From positions 328,431 to 392,430 of the forward strand of contig CAVYNH010000004.1 of NCBI GenBank assembly GCA_963769885.1: a stretch of DNA of 64,000 nt. Reading direction: 5' to 3'. The position numbers and the translations under genes are program-made. The DNA comes from Methanobacteriota archaeon (lineage in GTDB: Archaea; Thermoplasmatota; E2; DHVEG-1). Numbering within the stretch: the stretch's first letter is position 1; each line of letters begins with the position of its first letter. The notes below the pieces were generated by a model. The model was given only the letters and a program-made list of their open reading frames with translations, had not been told where the DNA came from and did not search any database. Below, piece after piece: positions 11,131 through 21,386 of the stretch.

Positions 11131-11754
11131 TTAGGGAATCCTGGCGAAGTCCTGCAGGGTCCGGGCGCGCAGGGTCTTGTTCGTCTTCTTCTGGTTGCCC
11201 AGCGTATCAAAGGGTTTGTCGCCGTAGTCGTGGCCGGGGTAGACGATGAGGTAGTCCGGGAGTGGGAGTATTTTATGCTGGAGGGTATCGTACATCTGCT
11301 CCAGGCTGCCGTCGCCGAGGTCGGTTCGGCCGCAGTCGCCGATGAAGAGCGTGTCGCCCGTGATGAGCGCCTGGTCGTCGACGAGGAGGCAGATGCCGCC
11401 CGGGGTATGCCCGGGGGTGCTGATGATGGTGATCGAGATGCTGCCCACAGGGAGGGTGCTGCCGTCGGAGACGACGAGGTCGGGGTGGACTCTGAGGTAG
11501 CGGCCGTCGGTTTGGCTGGCGACAACCTTGGCCGAGGGGTGCGCCTTCTTGGCTGTGGGGAGGGCAGCGGTGTGGTCCCCGTGGTAGTGAGTGATAATAA
11601 TATAGAGAAGGGCGAGGCGTTTGTCCGCTATTTGTTTGAGGGCGGCTGTTGCGTCGGTGCCGGGGTCGACGAGGGCCGCCTGCATGTCGCTTGTGATGAG
11701 GTAGCTGAAGTTATCGACGCCGACGCGGATCTGTTCGATGGTCACTCTCGTCAC
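11131..11754 (-). CDS. MBL-fold hydrolase (glyoxalase II-like)
   Basis: THYHGDH, TPGHTPG, GDTLF, YPGHDY. Confidence 0.92.
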   Translation of the reverse strand: MTRVTIEQIRVGVDNFSYLITSDMQAALVDPGTDATAALKQIADKRLALLYIIITHYHGDHTAALPTAKKAHPSAKVVASQTDGRYLRVHPDLVVSDGSTLPVGSISITIISTPGHTPGGICLLVDDQALITGDTLFIGDCGRTDLGDGSLEQMYDTLQHKILPLPDYLIVYPGHDYGDKPFDTLGNQKKTNKTLRARTLQDFARIP

Positions 11755-11785
11755 CCGACGATGATGGGAGAATGGCCTGGGTTCT

Positions 11786-12733
11786 TCAAGCTTTGTATGC
11801 GCTCTGGGGCATCTCCGAGAGCCGAAGGACCCCCTGGAGGTGGTGGTGTCTGCGCAGGATCTTGACCTGGATGGTCTCGCCGCTCTTGTGTTTCCAGAGG
11901 GTGCTGCGGAGGTCCTCGATGCCGTTGACGTCGTGGTCCTCGGCCTGCAGGATGATGTCGCCGGGCTTCAGGCCTGCTTTGTCGGCGGGGCTGTCCTGGG
12001 TGATCTGGACGATCAGCGCACCTTTGTCGGAGCAGAGACGGTAGTAGGAGGCGAGCGTCGGGGTCATGTCGATGCCGATGATGCCGAGCCATGGTCGGAC
12101 GACGCGGCCGTTCTGGATGAGTTCGTTGGCGATGTCGCGGACGGTGTTGGAGGGGATGGCGAAGCCGATGCCGTTGGCGTAGGGGATGATGGCATTGTTG
12201 ACGCCGATGATGCGACCGTCGCTGTCGATGAGGGGGCCGCCGCTGTTGCCGGGGTTGATGGCGGCGTCCGTCTGAATCATGTTCTCCAGGATGCCCTGCT
12301 GGGTGGGGATGTTGCGGCGCAGCGCGGAGACGACGCCGACGGTGACCGAGGGTCCGCCGACGAGGCCGAGGGAGTGGCCGATGGCGATGGCGGTCTGGCC
12401 GAGGCGCAGGTTGTCGGAGTCGCCGAACTCGCCGCTGTAGAAGTTCTCGCCGTCAATCTTCAGGACCGCGATGTCGGTGCTGGGGTCCGTCGCCACAACG
12501 CGGGCGTCGAAGCGGTCGCCGTCGAGGAGGTAGACTTCGGCGGTGCGGGTGTCGGTGACGACGTGGCTGTTCGTAACCAGATAGCCGTCAGGGTTGAGGA
12601 TGATGCCGGAGCCGATGCCGGTGGCCTCGAAGGTGGTGAAGAGGTCGTATTTGAGGAGTAGTTTGGTGCTGATGCTGACGATGCTTGGGCTGACTTTCTC
12701 GACGGCGCGGATGATGCGCTCTTCATCGGACAT
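11786..12733 (-). CDS. htrA: HtrA/DegP-like serine protease with PDZ domain
   Basis: VTNSHVV, DIAVLKI, QTDAAINPGNSGGPL, RPWLGI; GGGGAG RBS before the ATG at 12733. Confidence 0.92.
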   Translation of the reverse strand: MSDEERIIRAVEKVSPSIVSISTKLLLKYDLFTTFEATGIGSGIILNPDGYLVTNSHVVTDTRTAEVYLLDGDRFDARVVATDPSTDIAVLKIDGENFYSGEFGDSDNLRLGQTAIAIGHSLGLVGGPSVTVGVVSALRRNIPTQQGILENMIQTDAAINPGNSGGPLIDSDGRIIGVNNAIIPYANGIGFAIPSNTVRDIANELIQNGRVVRPWLGIIGIDMTPTLASYYRLCSDKGALIVQITQDSPADKAGLKPGDIILQAEDHDVNGIEDLRSTLWKHKSGETIQVKILRRHHHLQGVLRLSEMPQSAYKA

Positions 12734-12854
12734 GGTTCGTGGTCTCCCCCTTAGGGTAGGTATGCTCACTAATCTTATGTTAACAATTGTTAATTAAGGT
12801 TGCGGTTCCAGCAAGACAAAAGACACCTTACGCCAGATCCCTCCACCCGAGAGC

Positions 12855-14069
12855 CTAGAAACGGCCCAGCCGGTCCCGCACGTACCCCGTGAGCGTATGC
12901 CGCGCCACGCTCCACCCGACATCCCGGACCCGCACCGACCCCATCAACAACGCAATCCCATGCGCCTTCAGCACGGGATCCCGCTCGACGATCCGCCACA
13001 GCCGCTCCGTCGGCACCCGCCAAAACCGTGACGCCCGATAATACCGCCGGTTATCGTCCCCAAAATCCTCCATCCACCACCGCTGATACACCGAGAGCGC
13101 CGTGGGGGAGGAATCCCTCGTCTTCATCGCCCGGACAATCGCCTTGGCCGCATGCTCCCCCGACGACATCGCCTCATAGATGCCCTCGCCGGTGAGCGGA
13201 TTCGCCAGCCCCCCCGCATCCCCACACAACAAAAAGCAACTCCCGTACGTCCGCCGCTGCGGCAGCGTCGGAAACACCCCGCCCTTCGGCGAAAGAACAG
13301 AAACCATCTCTGGGACGAGCCCACGGCTCTTGAGAAGATCGATGAACTGGGAGTACAGCTGTCTGAGGTTCTTCTTCGGATGCCCACCGAGCGCATGGTA
13401 GAACTCGCTGACGCCGACGTTCACATGCTCCGCCTTCGGGAAGACCCAGCCGTAGCCCGCTATCCCCAAGACGCCGAAACACACGTGGACGCAGCGCTCC
13501 TCCCCGTACACCTGGTCCATCACCGACCGAGGCACCGGGTACTCCTCCATGACGCAGGCGCCGATATGCCGCCGGCTCAGAGGATAGCCCAGGTCCCGAA
13601 GGATTCGGCTGCCCATCCCCGTCGCCACGATGACATAGGGCGCAGGGAGAAACGAGCCGTCCGACAGCGTCACCTGCGCCCGATGCCCAGAAACGGTCAG
13701 TCGCGTCACCGCAACCCCGGTCCTCAGCTCCGCCCCGCTGTCCGCCGCCAGCCCGACGAGCGCAACGTCGAAGGGCACACGCCGGATCATCGCGAGCATC
13801 GGCGCCGAATGCTCCAGGTTGGTCTGGCTTCGCAGCGACGAGGAATACACGCACATCCGCGAGGAGTACGACTCCACCAGCCCCTTCTTCCCCACGTACG
13901 GAAATCGGCGTAGGACCCGGGCAGGCAGACCGCCGCCACAGGGCTTGTCCCGAGGGAACGAATGCTTATCAACGAGCAACACGGAGACGCCGTTCTCCGC
14001 GAGCACCTTCGCCGCCGTGGACCCCGCAGGGCCCGCCCCGACGACGATCACCTCAGGTTTGGCAACCAC
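12855..14069 (-). CDS. Geranylgeranyl reductase family FAD oxidoreductase
   Basis: VGAGPAGS, RDKPCGG, GYGWVFPK, GDAGGLANPLTGEGI; GTG start at 14069. Confidence 0.9.
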   Translation of the reverse strand: MVAKPEVIVVGAGPAGSTAAKVLAENGVSVLLVDKHSFPRDKPCGGGLPARVLRRFPYVGKKGLVESYSSRMCVYSSSLRSQTNLEHSAPMLAMIRRVPFDVALVGLAADSGAELRTGVAVTRLTVSGHRAQVTLSDGSFLPAPYVIVATGMGSRILRDLGYPLSRRHIGACVMEEYPVPRSVMDQVYGEERCVHVCFGVLGIAGYGWVFPKAEHVNVGVSEFYHALGGHPKKNLRQLYSQFIDLLKSRGLVPEMVSVLSPKGGVFPTLPQRRTYGSCFLLCGDAGGLANPLTGEGIYEAMSSGEHAAKAIVRAMKTRDSSPTALSVYQRWWMEDFGDDNRRYYRASRFWRVPTERLWRIVERDPVLKAHGIALLMGSVRVRDVGWSVARHTLTGYVRDRLGRF

Positions 14070-14126
14070 GCTTCCCTGCTCCAAGGTAACGAACAGCAAG
14101 GAGTTATTTAAAACATTTTGTCCTGC

Positions 14127-14544
14127 ATGCCTAGAAGCAGGCACCAGCGGGACCCTCACCCTCACCTGCACCAGCGTCGACGTCAAACTCTCCGGCTACG
14201 AAGACGCCAGAACCATGATCGGCACCACCGTCACCAGCCAAGTCGACACCACCATGACCGACGCCACCCACCTCACCCTCTACGCCCACACCTCCAGCGG
14301 CACCTACACTTTCTACCTGGCACTCAACGGCGACGCCATGACCGGCGGCGGTGTCTACAGCGGCGCCGCCGGAGAACCCAACACCTGGACCTTCCAATTG
14401 ACCCGCGGCGGCCTCTTCGGCTCCTTCAGCCTTGACAGCCTTACTCCCCTCATGGCCCCCGCCGCCGCCATCGGCGCCATCGGCGGACTTGCCGGCCTCG
14501 CCACCTCAATATCCTCCCTCCTCTCCGCGATCAGAGGATATTAG
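14127..14544 (+). pseudogene. Fragment of a membrane-anchored/secreted protein next to the island boundary
   Basis: Beta-rich segment followed by a hydrophobic tail; the ATG at 14127 is out of frame with the body and the first in-frame ATG is at 14215; ends about 60 bp from the island edge. Confidence 0.35.
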
Positions 14545-14607
14545 AGAGAACAACAAGCCCAGCAAAGCCAACAGTTTTCTTCTTTCTTAAAACACGATTT
14601 GAGGTGA

Positions 14608-14661
14608 CGCCGGGAGGGAGATTTCGATTTAGATTTACTGATAAACAATCAGTTTCTTACC
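14608..14661 (-). repeat. att-like tRNA-Ser 3' fragment plus flanking motif (left junction)
   Basis: 15/16 identity to 31959-31974, followed by tttactgataaacaatcagtttc. Confidence 0.75.
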
Positions 14662-14813
14662 ATAATATCTAAGAAATTTCATCACAAATTAATTATCTTA
14701 GAGATTCAAAAGACTCGAGCGCAATAAAAAAAATGCGTAAAATATTTCATAATTTGTAAACCCAAAGGATTTATTAATGCCATTTTAGGTTATTGAAAAC
14801 AGATAGAGGAATT

Positions 14814-15227
14814 ATGAGATTAGCCGTAGTAGACACAGAACGATGTATTGATTGCCAGAGTTGTATGTTTGCTTGTGCCCGGCGACAGAATGAAGCAGGA
14901 TTATCCAGCTCCTGCATAGGAGTGAAATCGATCGGTGGCATGGAACGAGGGTTTATAGTGTTGGTTTGTAGAGCATGTGATGATCCTCCTTGTTCAAAAG
15001 TATGCCCAACTGATGCTCTCAAACCCAAGAAAGGAGGGGGCGTACTTCTCGATGCTGCAAAATGTATAGGGTGTGGTCACTGCCGTGATTCTTGCATTAT
15101 CGGGGCAATTTTCTGGAATGATGAAATCAATAAACCAATGATTTGCATTCACTGTGGATATTGCACTCAATTCTGTCCTCATGGGGTATTAAAATTAGAA
15201 AAGAAGGAGAGAATAATACATGCTTGA
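14814..15227 (+). CDS. 4Fe-4S polyferredoxin (AOR electron-transfer partner)
   Basis: CIDCQSCMFAC, CRACDDPPCSKVCP, CIGCGHCRDSC, CIHCGYCTQFCP. Confidence 0.92.
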   Translation: MRLAVVDTERCIDCQSCMFACARRQNEAGLSSSCIGVKSIGGMERGFIVLVCRACDDPPCSKVCPTDALKPKKGGGVLLDAAKCIGCGHCRDSCIIGAIFWNDEINKPMICIHCGYCTQFCPHGVLKLEKKERIIHA

Positions 15228-16980
15228 GAATGATACGCTCTCCCGTGTACTGTATATCGATCTTTCAAAGAACGAGTTTTGGATTGAAAAAAAACCAGAG
15301 CTTTTCGAGAAGCATCTGGGCGGAACAGGTGTTGCAATCCAGCTGCTTCATGAAAACTGTCCCAAAGGATGCAATGCGTTTGCACCAGAGAATCCAATTA
15401 TATTCGCCGTAGGACCCTTAACCGGATTATTTCCTCTTGCTTCAAAAACCGTAGCCATGTTTAAATCACCTCATACTGGCAATCTGGGTGAGAGTCATTG
15501 TGGTGGACGAAGCGCTATTGCCATCCGTATGGCGGGATATGGAGCTATCGTGATCAAAGGATCAAGTGCTACCCCATTATATCTATCCATCAAGGACAAA
15601 AAAGTGTTTTTCCGTGATGCCTCTACTTTATGGGGGATGGAAAATTGTTTCACCGTAGGACGTATCATTAGGGAAAATGAGCCTGGCTCGGGTTTAAGAA
15701 CAATTATGCGTATTGGAGGAGCAGGAGAGAAACTTGTTTCATACGCATGTGTTACAACAGAAACATACCGTCATTTCGGTAGACTTGGTTTAGGAGCTGT
15801 TTTTGGAAGTAAGAAACTCAAAGCGGTAGTAATCGCTGGTAAACGCTCGCTCCCTGTACGTGACATGGATCAATATCGGAAGCTGTATGATGATATTTAT
15901 CAATCAGCTGTCACCTCGTCGGTAATGAAGAAATATCATGATCTTGGAACAGCTGAGAATGTTCTACCTTTAAATGAGCTCGGTGGGTTTCCTACAAGAA
16001 ATCTTGAGACAGCAAAATTCGAAGGTGCTTCTAAACTATCAGGTGAGGTATTTGCTGAGCAGTATTTGGGGAGACGGCTTGCGTGTTCTCATTGTCCTGT
16101 AGGATGCATTCATATTGCCGCACTTAGGGAGTCATATGGAGATGAACCGTATTTCTATAAGACGTCTATGATCTCGTATGATTATGAGCCTATCTATGCT
16201 CTCGGTTCCATGTTGGGAATATCCGATGCTGAAGGTTTCTTAAAATTGATGGAGCAGGTAGAAATACGAGGTTTAGATGCAATGAGTACTGGTGTTGTTT
16301 TAGCTTGGGCTACCGAGGCTCAAAAACGAGGTATTATATCTGAGAAGGAAACAATGGGTATCAATCTTCGATGGGGTAATTATAATGCTTACATGGAGGC
16401 GGTACGATGCATTATTGAGCAACCAAATGAGTTTTACAAAGCGCTTGCACATGGAGTTAAACAGGCTGCTTCGCAGTATGGTGGGGCTGATTTTGCTTTA
16501 AGTCTTGGCGGTAATGAAATGCCAGGTTATCACACTGGACCTGGAGCGCATCTGGGGGTCTTGATTGGTTCAAGACATAGTCACTTAGATAACGCAGGTT
16601 ATAGTATTGATCAAAAAATTCTGTTAACAAAACGGATTAGCTCTGAGGAACTTGCAAAAGTGTTATTAGACGAGGAACGTTGGCGTCAGATTTTGTCAAG
16701 CCTTGTAATTTGTTTCTTCGCAAGAGGCATATTTACACCGGATATTGTCTCAAAAGCGTTGCAGGTGGTAGGTTTTGATTTTCAACCCGAAGATCTTCAT
16801 AAAATCGGAGAAGAGATTCATAGAGAAAAATATAAGTTTAAGATCCGAGAAGGTTTCTCATTGGACACACTTCATGCGCCTAAACGAATTTTTGAAACCC
16901 CTTCGCCAGTCAGTAATTTCGATGAGAAGTTCATCCTCGATGCTATAGCCTATGTCAAGAGAGAACTTTTATTAGAATAG
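15220..16980 (+). CDS. aor: Tungsten aldehyde:ferredoxin oxidoreductase family protein
   Basis: KSPHTG..GESHCGG, GRLGLGAVFGSKKLKA, ACSHCPVGC, DYEPIYALG, GLDAMSTG. Confidence 0.9.
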   Translation: MLENDTLSRVLYIDLSKNEFWIEKKPELFEKHLGGTGVAIQLLHENCPKGCNAFAPENPIIFAVGPLTGLFPLASKTVAMFKSPHTGNLGESHCGGRSAIAIRMAGYGAIVIKGSSATPLYLSIKDKKVFFRDASTLWGMENCFTVGRIIRENEPGSGLRTIMRIGGAGEKLVSYACVTTETYRHFGRLGLGAVFGSKKLKAVVIAGKRSLPVRDMDQYRKLYDDIYQSAVTSSVMKKYHDLGTAENVLPLNELGGFPTRNLETAKFEGASKLSGEVFAEQYLGRRLACSHCPVGCIHIAALRESYGDEPYFYKTSMISYDYEPIYALGSMLGISDAEGFLKLMEQVEIRGLDAMSTGVVLAWATEAQKRGIISEKETMGINLRWGNYNAYMEAVRCIIEQPNEFYKALAHGVKQAASQYGGADFALSLGGNEMPGYHTGPGAHLGVLIGSRHSHLDNAGYSIDQKILLTKRISSEELAKVLLDEERWRQILSSLVICFFARGIFTPDIVSKALQVVGFDFQPEDLHKIGEEIHREKYKFKIREGFSLDTLHAPKRIFETPSPVSNFDEKFILDAIAYVKRELLLE

Positions 16981-17000
16981 ATAAGAAGTAACACTGGGCT

Positions 17001-17100
17001 TACAACAAAAAAATAATGCTTTTTCCTCCGTATTTATATTTTGATTAAAAAAATCTATAAAATAGTTCAGAGGAACGAGATGTGAACGTCAATTTACTGG
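17001..17100 (-). repeat. Degenerate att-like junction (flank motif plus tRNA-Leu-type 3' fragment)
   Basis: tagttcagaggaacgagatgtgaac resembles 30813-30833; gagatgtgaacgtcaatttactgg matches 30134-30157 at 17/24. Confidence 0.5.
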
Positions 17101-17198
17101 TTTGCTCCTTAATTCATTGACACCCATCGTATAATGAATGGTTATGTCATCGGCCTGAAAAACTGTATTACATCGATTACAGACATATTTCATGTATT

Positions 17199-17357
17199 TC
17201 AACTAATTATTCCGCTTAATTTATTATTTTTTATGTAAAAACTAGTCATGTAAACTATTTGTCTGCTATATGGCCGTTGTTCTTTCTTCGCGAGTTTTTT
17301 AATGAGCACATTTTCTTCCTTTGTTAAAGATATATTCATTCGCATTCTTTTTTCCAT
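17199..17357 (-). CDS. Small ribbon-helix-helix DNA-binding protein
   Basis: MRMNISLTKEENVLIKKLAKKEQRPYSRQI: beta-strand followed by two helices. Confidence 0.6.
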   Translation of the reverse strand: MEKRMRMNISLTKEENVLIKKLAKKEQRPYSRQIVYMTSFYIKNNKLSGIIS

Positions 17358-17752
17358 GTTTACACAAACATGTAATAACCTTACATACTTATATGCCTTT
17401 CTACACAAAGGTATATACTACCTACGACATACTACTATCATCCGATAAACTTCGGAAAGGACCGCTGAAGTCAATGAAGATCAACGAACAAGTAAAACAA
17501 CCATTGGAAACGCAAACGACTTCAAACTTTGCAATCAGGTCCTTATTTCCAGAGCCGGATACTTAACGCTTACTCTGAAAATGAAAACTAAGAAAATGAG
17601 ATAAACGAAATATCAAGGGCGATCATATCGTCCAAGTCTCTTTTTTTAGTAGGAAAAATAAGGAAAAAATTTGTATATGCTTTGAGCGGAAATTTAGTAA
17701 GAGATAATGACCCCAAAGGTCAAGGAATCGAAGGTTATAAGGAGGGTATATA

Positions 17753-18940
17753 ATGCCATCAGTCTGTCTCTATTTCGAAGTTCATCAGCCAATGAGATTA
17801 AATCGTTTTACGGTATTCAATATAGGTGCAAACCATAATCGACCTTCCGAGTATTTTAATAGTAAACTTAACCAAGAAATCTTTGAAAAAGTTGCAAAAA
17901 AATGTTATCTTCCAACAAATAAAATATTGCTTGAATTAATTAATAAATATGATGGCAAATTTCGGGTTTCATTTAGTTTAACCGGTACATTCATTGAATA
18001 TTGTGAACGTTATATGCCTTCGGTTCTTGATAGTTTTAAGGCTCTGTTTGCCACAGGTGCTGTTGACCTCATCGAGGAGACATATTTTCATTCACTTTCA
18101 AGCTTGTATGACGATCTGGATGAGTTCGAAAAGCAAGTACATATGCATCGGCAGATGATAAAAAGAATATTTAACTATGAGCCAAAGATTTTCAGAAACA
18201 CGGAAACAATCTATGATAACCGTATAGCAAGAAAAATAGCCGAGTTGGGATACAAAGGAATTATCACTGAAGGAGCAGATAAGATTTTAGGATGGCGTTC
18301 ACCAAACTTTGTCTACAAACCAGTGAACGCAAATATCAAAGTACTCATGAGAAACTACAAACTCAGCGACGATGTCGGGTTCCGGTTTTCTTCACGAAAC
18401 TGGCCAGAATTCCCGCTGATGGCAGATAAATACGCGAACTGGATGTCCAACTCCTTTGGTGATGTCATTAACCTGTTCATGGATTACGAAACCTTCGGGG
18501 AACACCAATGGACGGAAACCGGGATCTTTGAATTCCTCAAGCATCTCCCCGGGGAAGTCTTTAAACATGATAACCTTGATTTTGCTACCGTCAGCGAAGT
18601 GGTTGAGCGATATAAACCTGTTGGAGAAATAGATGTCCCCTGGGCAATTTCATGGGCAGATGAAGATCGGAACGTCTCAACATGGCTTGGAAATGATATG
18701 CAAATAGCATGTTTTAACGAATTAAAAAACATCGGTAGAAAACTGAAAGAAAAGGGTAATGAGGTGCTACTCAAAACCTGGCGTCGTCTCCAAACATCAG
18801 ATCATTTGTACTACTGTTCAACAAAAGGTTTTGCTGACGGAGCTGTCCATGCCTATTTTAGCCCATATGATGATCCCTACGAAGGATTTATGAACTACAT
18901 GAATATATTACAAGATTTAAAACAAAGAGTAACTATGTAA
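17753..18940 (+). CDS. Glycoside hydrolase family 57 (alpha-amylase-like)
   Basis: FEVHQP, ETYFHSL, FRNTE, MDYETFGEHQ, LQTSDHLYY; GGAGG RBS. Confidence 0.93.
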   Translation: MPSVCLYFEVHQPMRLNRFTVFNIGANHNRPSEYFNSKLNQEIFEKVAKKCYLPTNKILLELINKYDGKFRVSFSLTGTFIEYCERYMPSVLDSFKALFATGAVDLIEETYFHSLSSLYDDLDEFEKQVHMHRQMIKRIFNYEPKIFRNTETIYDNRIARKIAELGYKGIITEGADKILGWRSPNFVYKPVNANIKVLMRNYKLSDDVGFRFSSRNWPEFPLMADKYANWMSNSFGDVINLFMDYETFGEHQWTETGIFEFLKHLPGEVFKHDNLDFATVSEVVERYKPVGEIDVPWAISWADEDRNVSTWLGNDMQIACFNELKNIGRKLKEKGNEVLLKTWRRLQTSDHLYYCSTKGFADGAVHAYFSPYDDPYEGFMNYMNILQDLKQRVTM

Positions 18941-18976
18941 AGGTTGGTGATTGAAGATCAGAGGAGGTAACGCATA

Positions 18977-19069
18977 ATGCCTAAATGTGAGCGATGTGGT
19001 AAATCCTTTAAAACTAAAAAGGCGCTACACATACACTATACAAAAGCACACAATAAAGGATATGCATGA
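18977..19069 (+). CDS. 30-aa C2H2 zinc-finger microprotein (MPKCERCGKSFKTKKALHIHYTKAHNKGYA)
   Basis: C-x2-C-x3-F-x5-L-x2-H-x4-H; GGAGGT RBS. Confidence 0.75.
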   Translation: MPKCERCGKSFKTKKALHIHYTKAHNKGYA

Positions 19070-19186
19070 ATGCCTAAATGTGATCTTTGTCATAAATATT
19101 TTAAGACAAAGGCACAGATGAAACAACATAGAATAAAAGAACACACTAAGAAAATTTCTGGTACTCAATTTAGGATCCCCAAATAG
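19070..19186 (+). CDS. 38-aa C2H2 zinc-finger microprotein (MPKCDLCHKYFKTKAQMKQHRIKEHTKKISGTQFRIPK)
   Basis: Same C2H2 spacing; paralog of the preceding ORF and abuts its stop codon. Confidence 0.7.
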   Translation: MPKCDLCHKYFKTKAQMKQHRIKEHTKKISGTQFRIPK

Positions 19187-19200
19187 AATTTTTATCTATG

Positions 19201-19235
19201 TGCTGTCAATCATTAGCACAAAACGGGGGGATTCT
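19201..19235 (-). repeat. Highly degenerate att-like copy
   Basis: aatcattagcacaaaacggggggattct resembles aatgattagcgcgggcagggagattct (30115-30141). Confidence 0.4.
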
Positions 19236-19301
19236 CAGAAAGGAATGTTTTTTAAAGAATAAGTTGTTATTTTCTTGTAATTTGGAGGAGGCATAAAGAA
19301 T

Positions 19302-19541
19302 ATGAAAACAAGAAGTAAAACGATATACAAAGGAGAATTACTTAATCTGTATGATATATCCCCCAATACTGAAGACTTATTTGATGGTGTAATAGTAGAA
19401 TATATAATCATCCGAGCCGGTAAAGAGAGTCACCAAATATTCATAGATAGAGCAACATTCAATAACATAATAAAAGAACTCCCCAATGCAATAGCGAATT
19501 ACAAACAATACAAAAATAAATACCCGAAAAGGAAGGCATAG
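19302..19541 (+). CDS. Hypothetical protein
   Basis: 79-aa ORF with a GGAGGAGG RBS. Confidence 0.6.
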   Translation: MKTRSKTIYKGELLNLYDISPNTEDLFDGVIVEYIIIRAGKESHQIFIDRATFNNIIKELPNAIANYKQYKNKYPKRKA

Positions 19542-19753
19542 AGAATTATTGAATGTGCTATTCATGGAACTGAATATGATGCAGTAAATAGTAGGGGCGT
19601 GTGTAACGATTGTAATAGTTTCCTAATAACCAATTTATATCATAATCTACTTTAAATATCAACGAGTGTTTTGAAGATATAATTTGCAAGAGGGAAGGGT
19701 ATGTTTTTAAAGAAAAAGATGCCTTGAAATATTGTAGATTTGAGGGGAGACAA

Positions 19754-19957
19754 ATGAAAGAGAAAAAATATCCCACAACCGAAAGAAGCAGAAAGCGACT
19801 AGGAAGACTAAAAACCGAAGAAAAAATATACGAAGAAACGCAGAAAGAAGAAAAGAAAAGAACACAAAAAGATATTATCCTGGACGAAGAAGAAGACGAA
19901 GAAAAAGAAGAGGAAGAAGACGATGAATATGCGAATTGTTCAAAAAAAGAAACGTAG
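19754..19957 (+). CDS. Small charged low-complexity protein (basic N-terminus, poly-D/E C-terminus)
   Basis: GAGGGG RBS before the ATG at 19754. Confidence 0.45.
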   Translation: MKEKKYPTTERSRKRLGRLKTEEKIYEETQKEEKKRTQKDIILDEEEDEEKEEEEDDEYANCSKKET

Positions 19958-20139
19958 AAGATAAAACTATATAGCCGCCCAGAAAAAGCAGTTATGAAAT
20001 TGTAGGTTTTAGTGGGGGGAATGTGGTAAAAAGAAGATTCCTGAAAAGGATATGATGTGCTTAAGAGGAACACAGACCATTCAAAATTATAAAAATACTC
20101 GCACAAAATTTTATGATCAAGAATAAAAAGAAATATCAA

Positions 20140-20452
20140 AAAAATATTATTTTTTATCTTTCTTGCCGCTATCTATTATTTTTCTAGCTCTATCAACACC
20201 GTGTTCGTAGTCGTCTTTTCTAAGTTTAATTCTTCTCGTTTTTCTTTTATTATAATCTGGATGTTTTTTAATGTGAGGCATATATTTTAGAACATTTGCT
20301 GATTTAAAAAGATATCTGGTGACTGGAAAAATGTTGAATCAATCCAATAATTTTTCTATGCTCATGACCGTTAGTGCAGAGGACAAGAAATTGACACGAT
20401 TTTAAAAGTAAAAAAATTGTGTTTTTCTTCTATTAATTAACCGTGCTAATAA
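20140..20452. repeat. ~300-bp diverged duplication (microprotein, leader, tRNA-Leu-type fragment, flank motif), copy 1
   Basis: Collinear with 29103-29372 plus 30078-30118, e.g. tgaggcatatattttagaacatttgctgatttaaaaa and catgaccgttagtgca. Confidence 0.85.
20147..20281 (-). CDS. 44-aa basic microprotein, copy 1 (MPHIKKHPDYNKRKTRRIKLRKDDYEHGVDRARKIIDSGKKDKK)
   Basis: Diverged paralog at 29245 keeps the reading frame. Confidence 0.65.
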   Translation of the reverse strand: MPHIKKHPDYNKRKTRRIKLRKDDYEHGVDRARKIIDSGKKDKK

Positions 20453-20644
20453 AAACAGGTTAAAATTATACTAAAACCTTCAAACAGAAATCTTTATTTT
20501 ACATTATCGGAGAAACATTAGCATGGTTAAACCCATGTTTTTGTGCAAATGATTATCAAGCAAATAAACGGGTTACCCAAAGGATTTTTTCATATATTTA
20601 CCATCATCGCACTGTATGCGTTCCCGTAATATTATGAATATTTT

Positions 20645-20995
20645 TTACGAATTTTTCTCAGCAATGTCACCAACAACAGGCAATTTCCATTTCTGCCCCT
20701 GGAACGCTTTAATCATCAGAATAACCCACAAGATTATCACAAGGACCCAGAACAGCCAGCTGATCCACCACAGGAAATACCAACCAGGGCCGTAATTGAA
20801 TAACCCGAAAAACCCACCGAAAATCCACCCGAGGATGGATAGTGGCAGAAACACCAAAATAGACTGCATCGCATGAAAACGAATCGTCTTATTTTTATCA
20901 TCGATAAAATAGAAGATTATGCCGGTGATCCAAATCCCAAGGTAACAGAGCGCTGCCTCAACATTTTCCTCAAGTCCTAACGATGTTTTTACCAT
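20645..20995 (-). CDS. DUF4870/Tic20-like small membrane protein
   Basis: TSLGLEENVEAALCY, IRFHAMQS, KAFQGQKWKLPVVGDIAE. Confidence 0.85.
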   Translation of the reverse strand: MVKTSLGLEENVEAALCYLGIWITGIIFYFIDDKNKTIRFHAMQSILVFLPLSILGWIFGGFFGLFNYGPGWYFLWWISWLFWVLVIILWVILMIKAFQGQKWKLPVVGDIAEKNS

Positions 20996-21075
20996 ATTTT
21001 TTCCTTCTGTCCATTCACACTCATCTTTTATTTAATGATTTTCATTCATCGCATGTATCGTTTTTTAAAACGCTA

Positions 21076-21267
21076 TCATAATCCGATACTGTGAAAGATA
21101 CCCACGAGAAAATCGAGTCCGATGAGAGCGATAATTACTATTGCGATGAAGATGAGAACCCATATAGCAAATTTTATTACTCCCCATAGCAGAAACACGA
21201 TCACAAGAATTCCAAGAAGTACCGCCCAAAACGGAATTGTATAACCAAATACATCCATCTCTTTCAC
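21076..21267 (-). CDS. Small 2-TM membrane protein
   Basis: Hydrophobic ORF within a co-oriented run. Confidence 0.6.
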   Translation of the reverse strand: MKEMDVFGYTIPFWAVLLGILVIVFLLWGVIKFAIWVLIFIAIVIIALIGLDFLVGIFHSIGL

Positions 21268-21386
21268 TTCTCCGTCTACAAACGATTATTTTTATTTCTT
21301 TTTTTCTGAAACACCTTCATTTACATCTCTCTTTTATTTATTCATTCTCATTCGGTAAATAGACGAGCGGACAAACTAACCAATAT

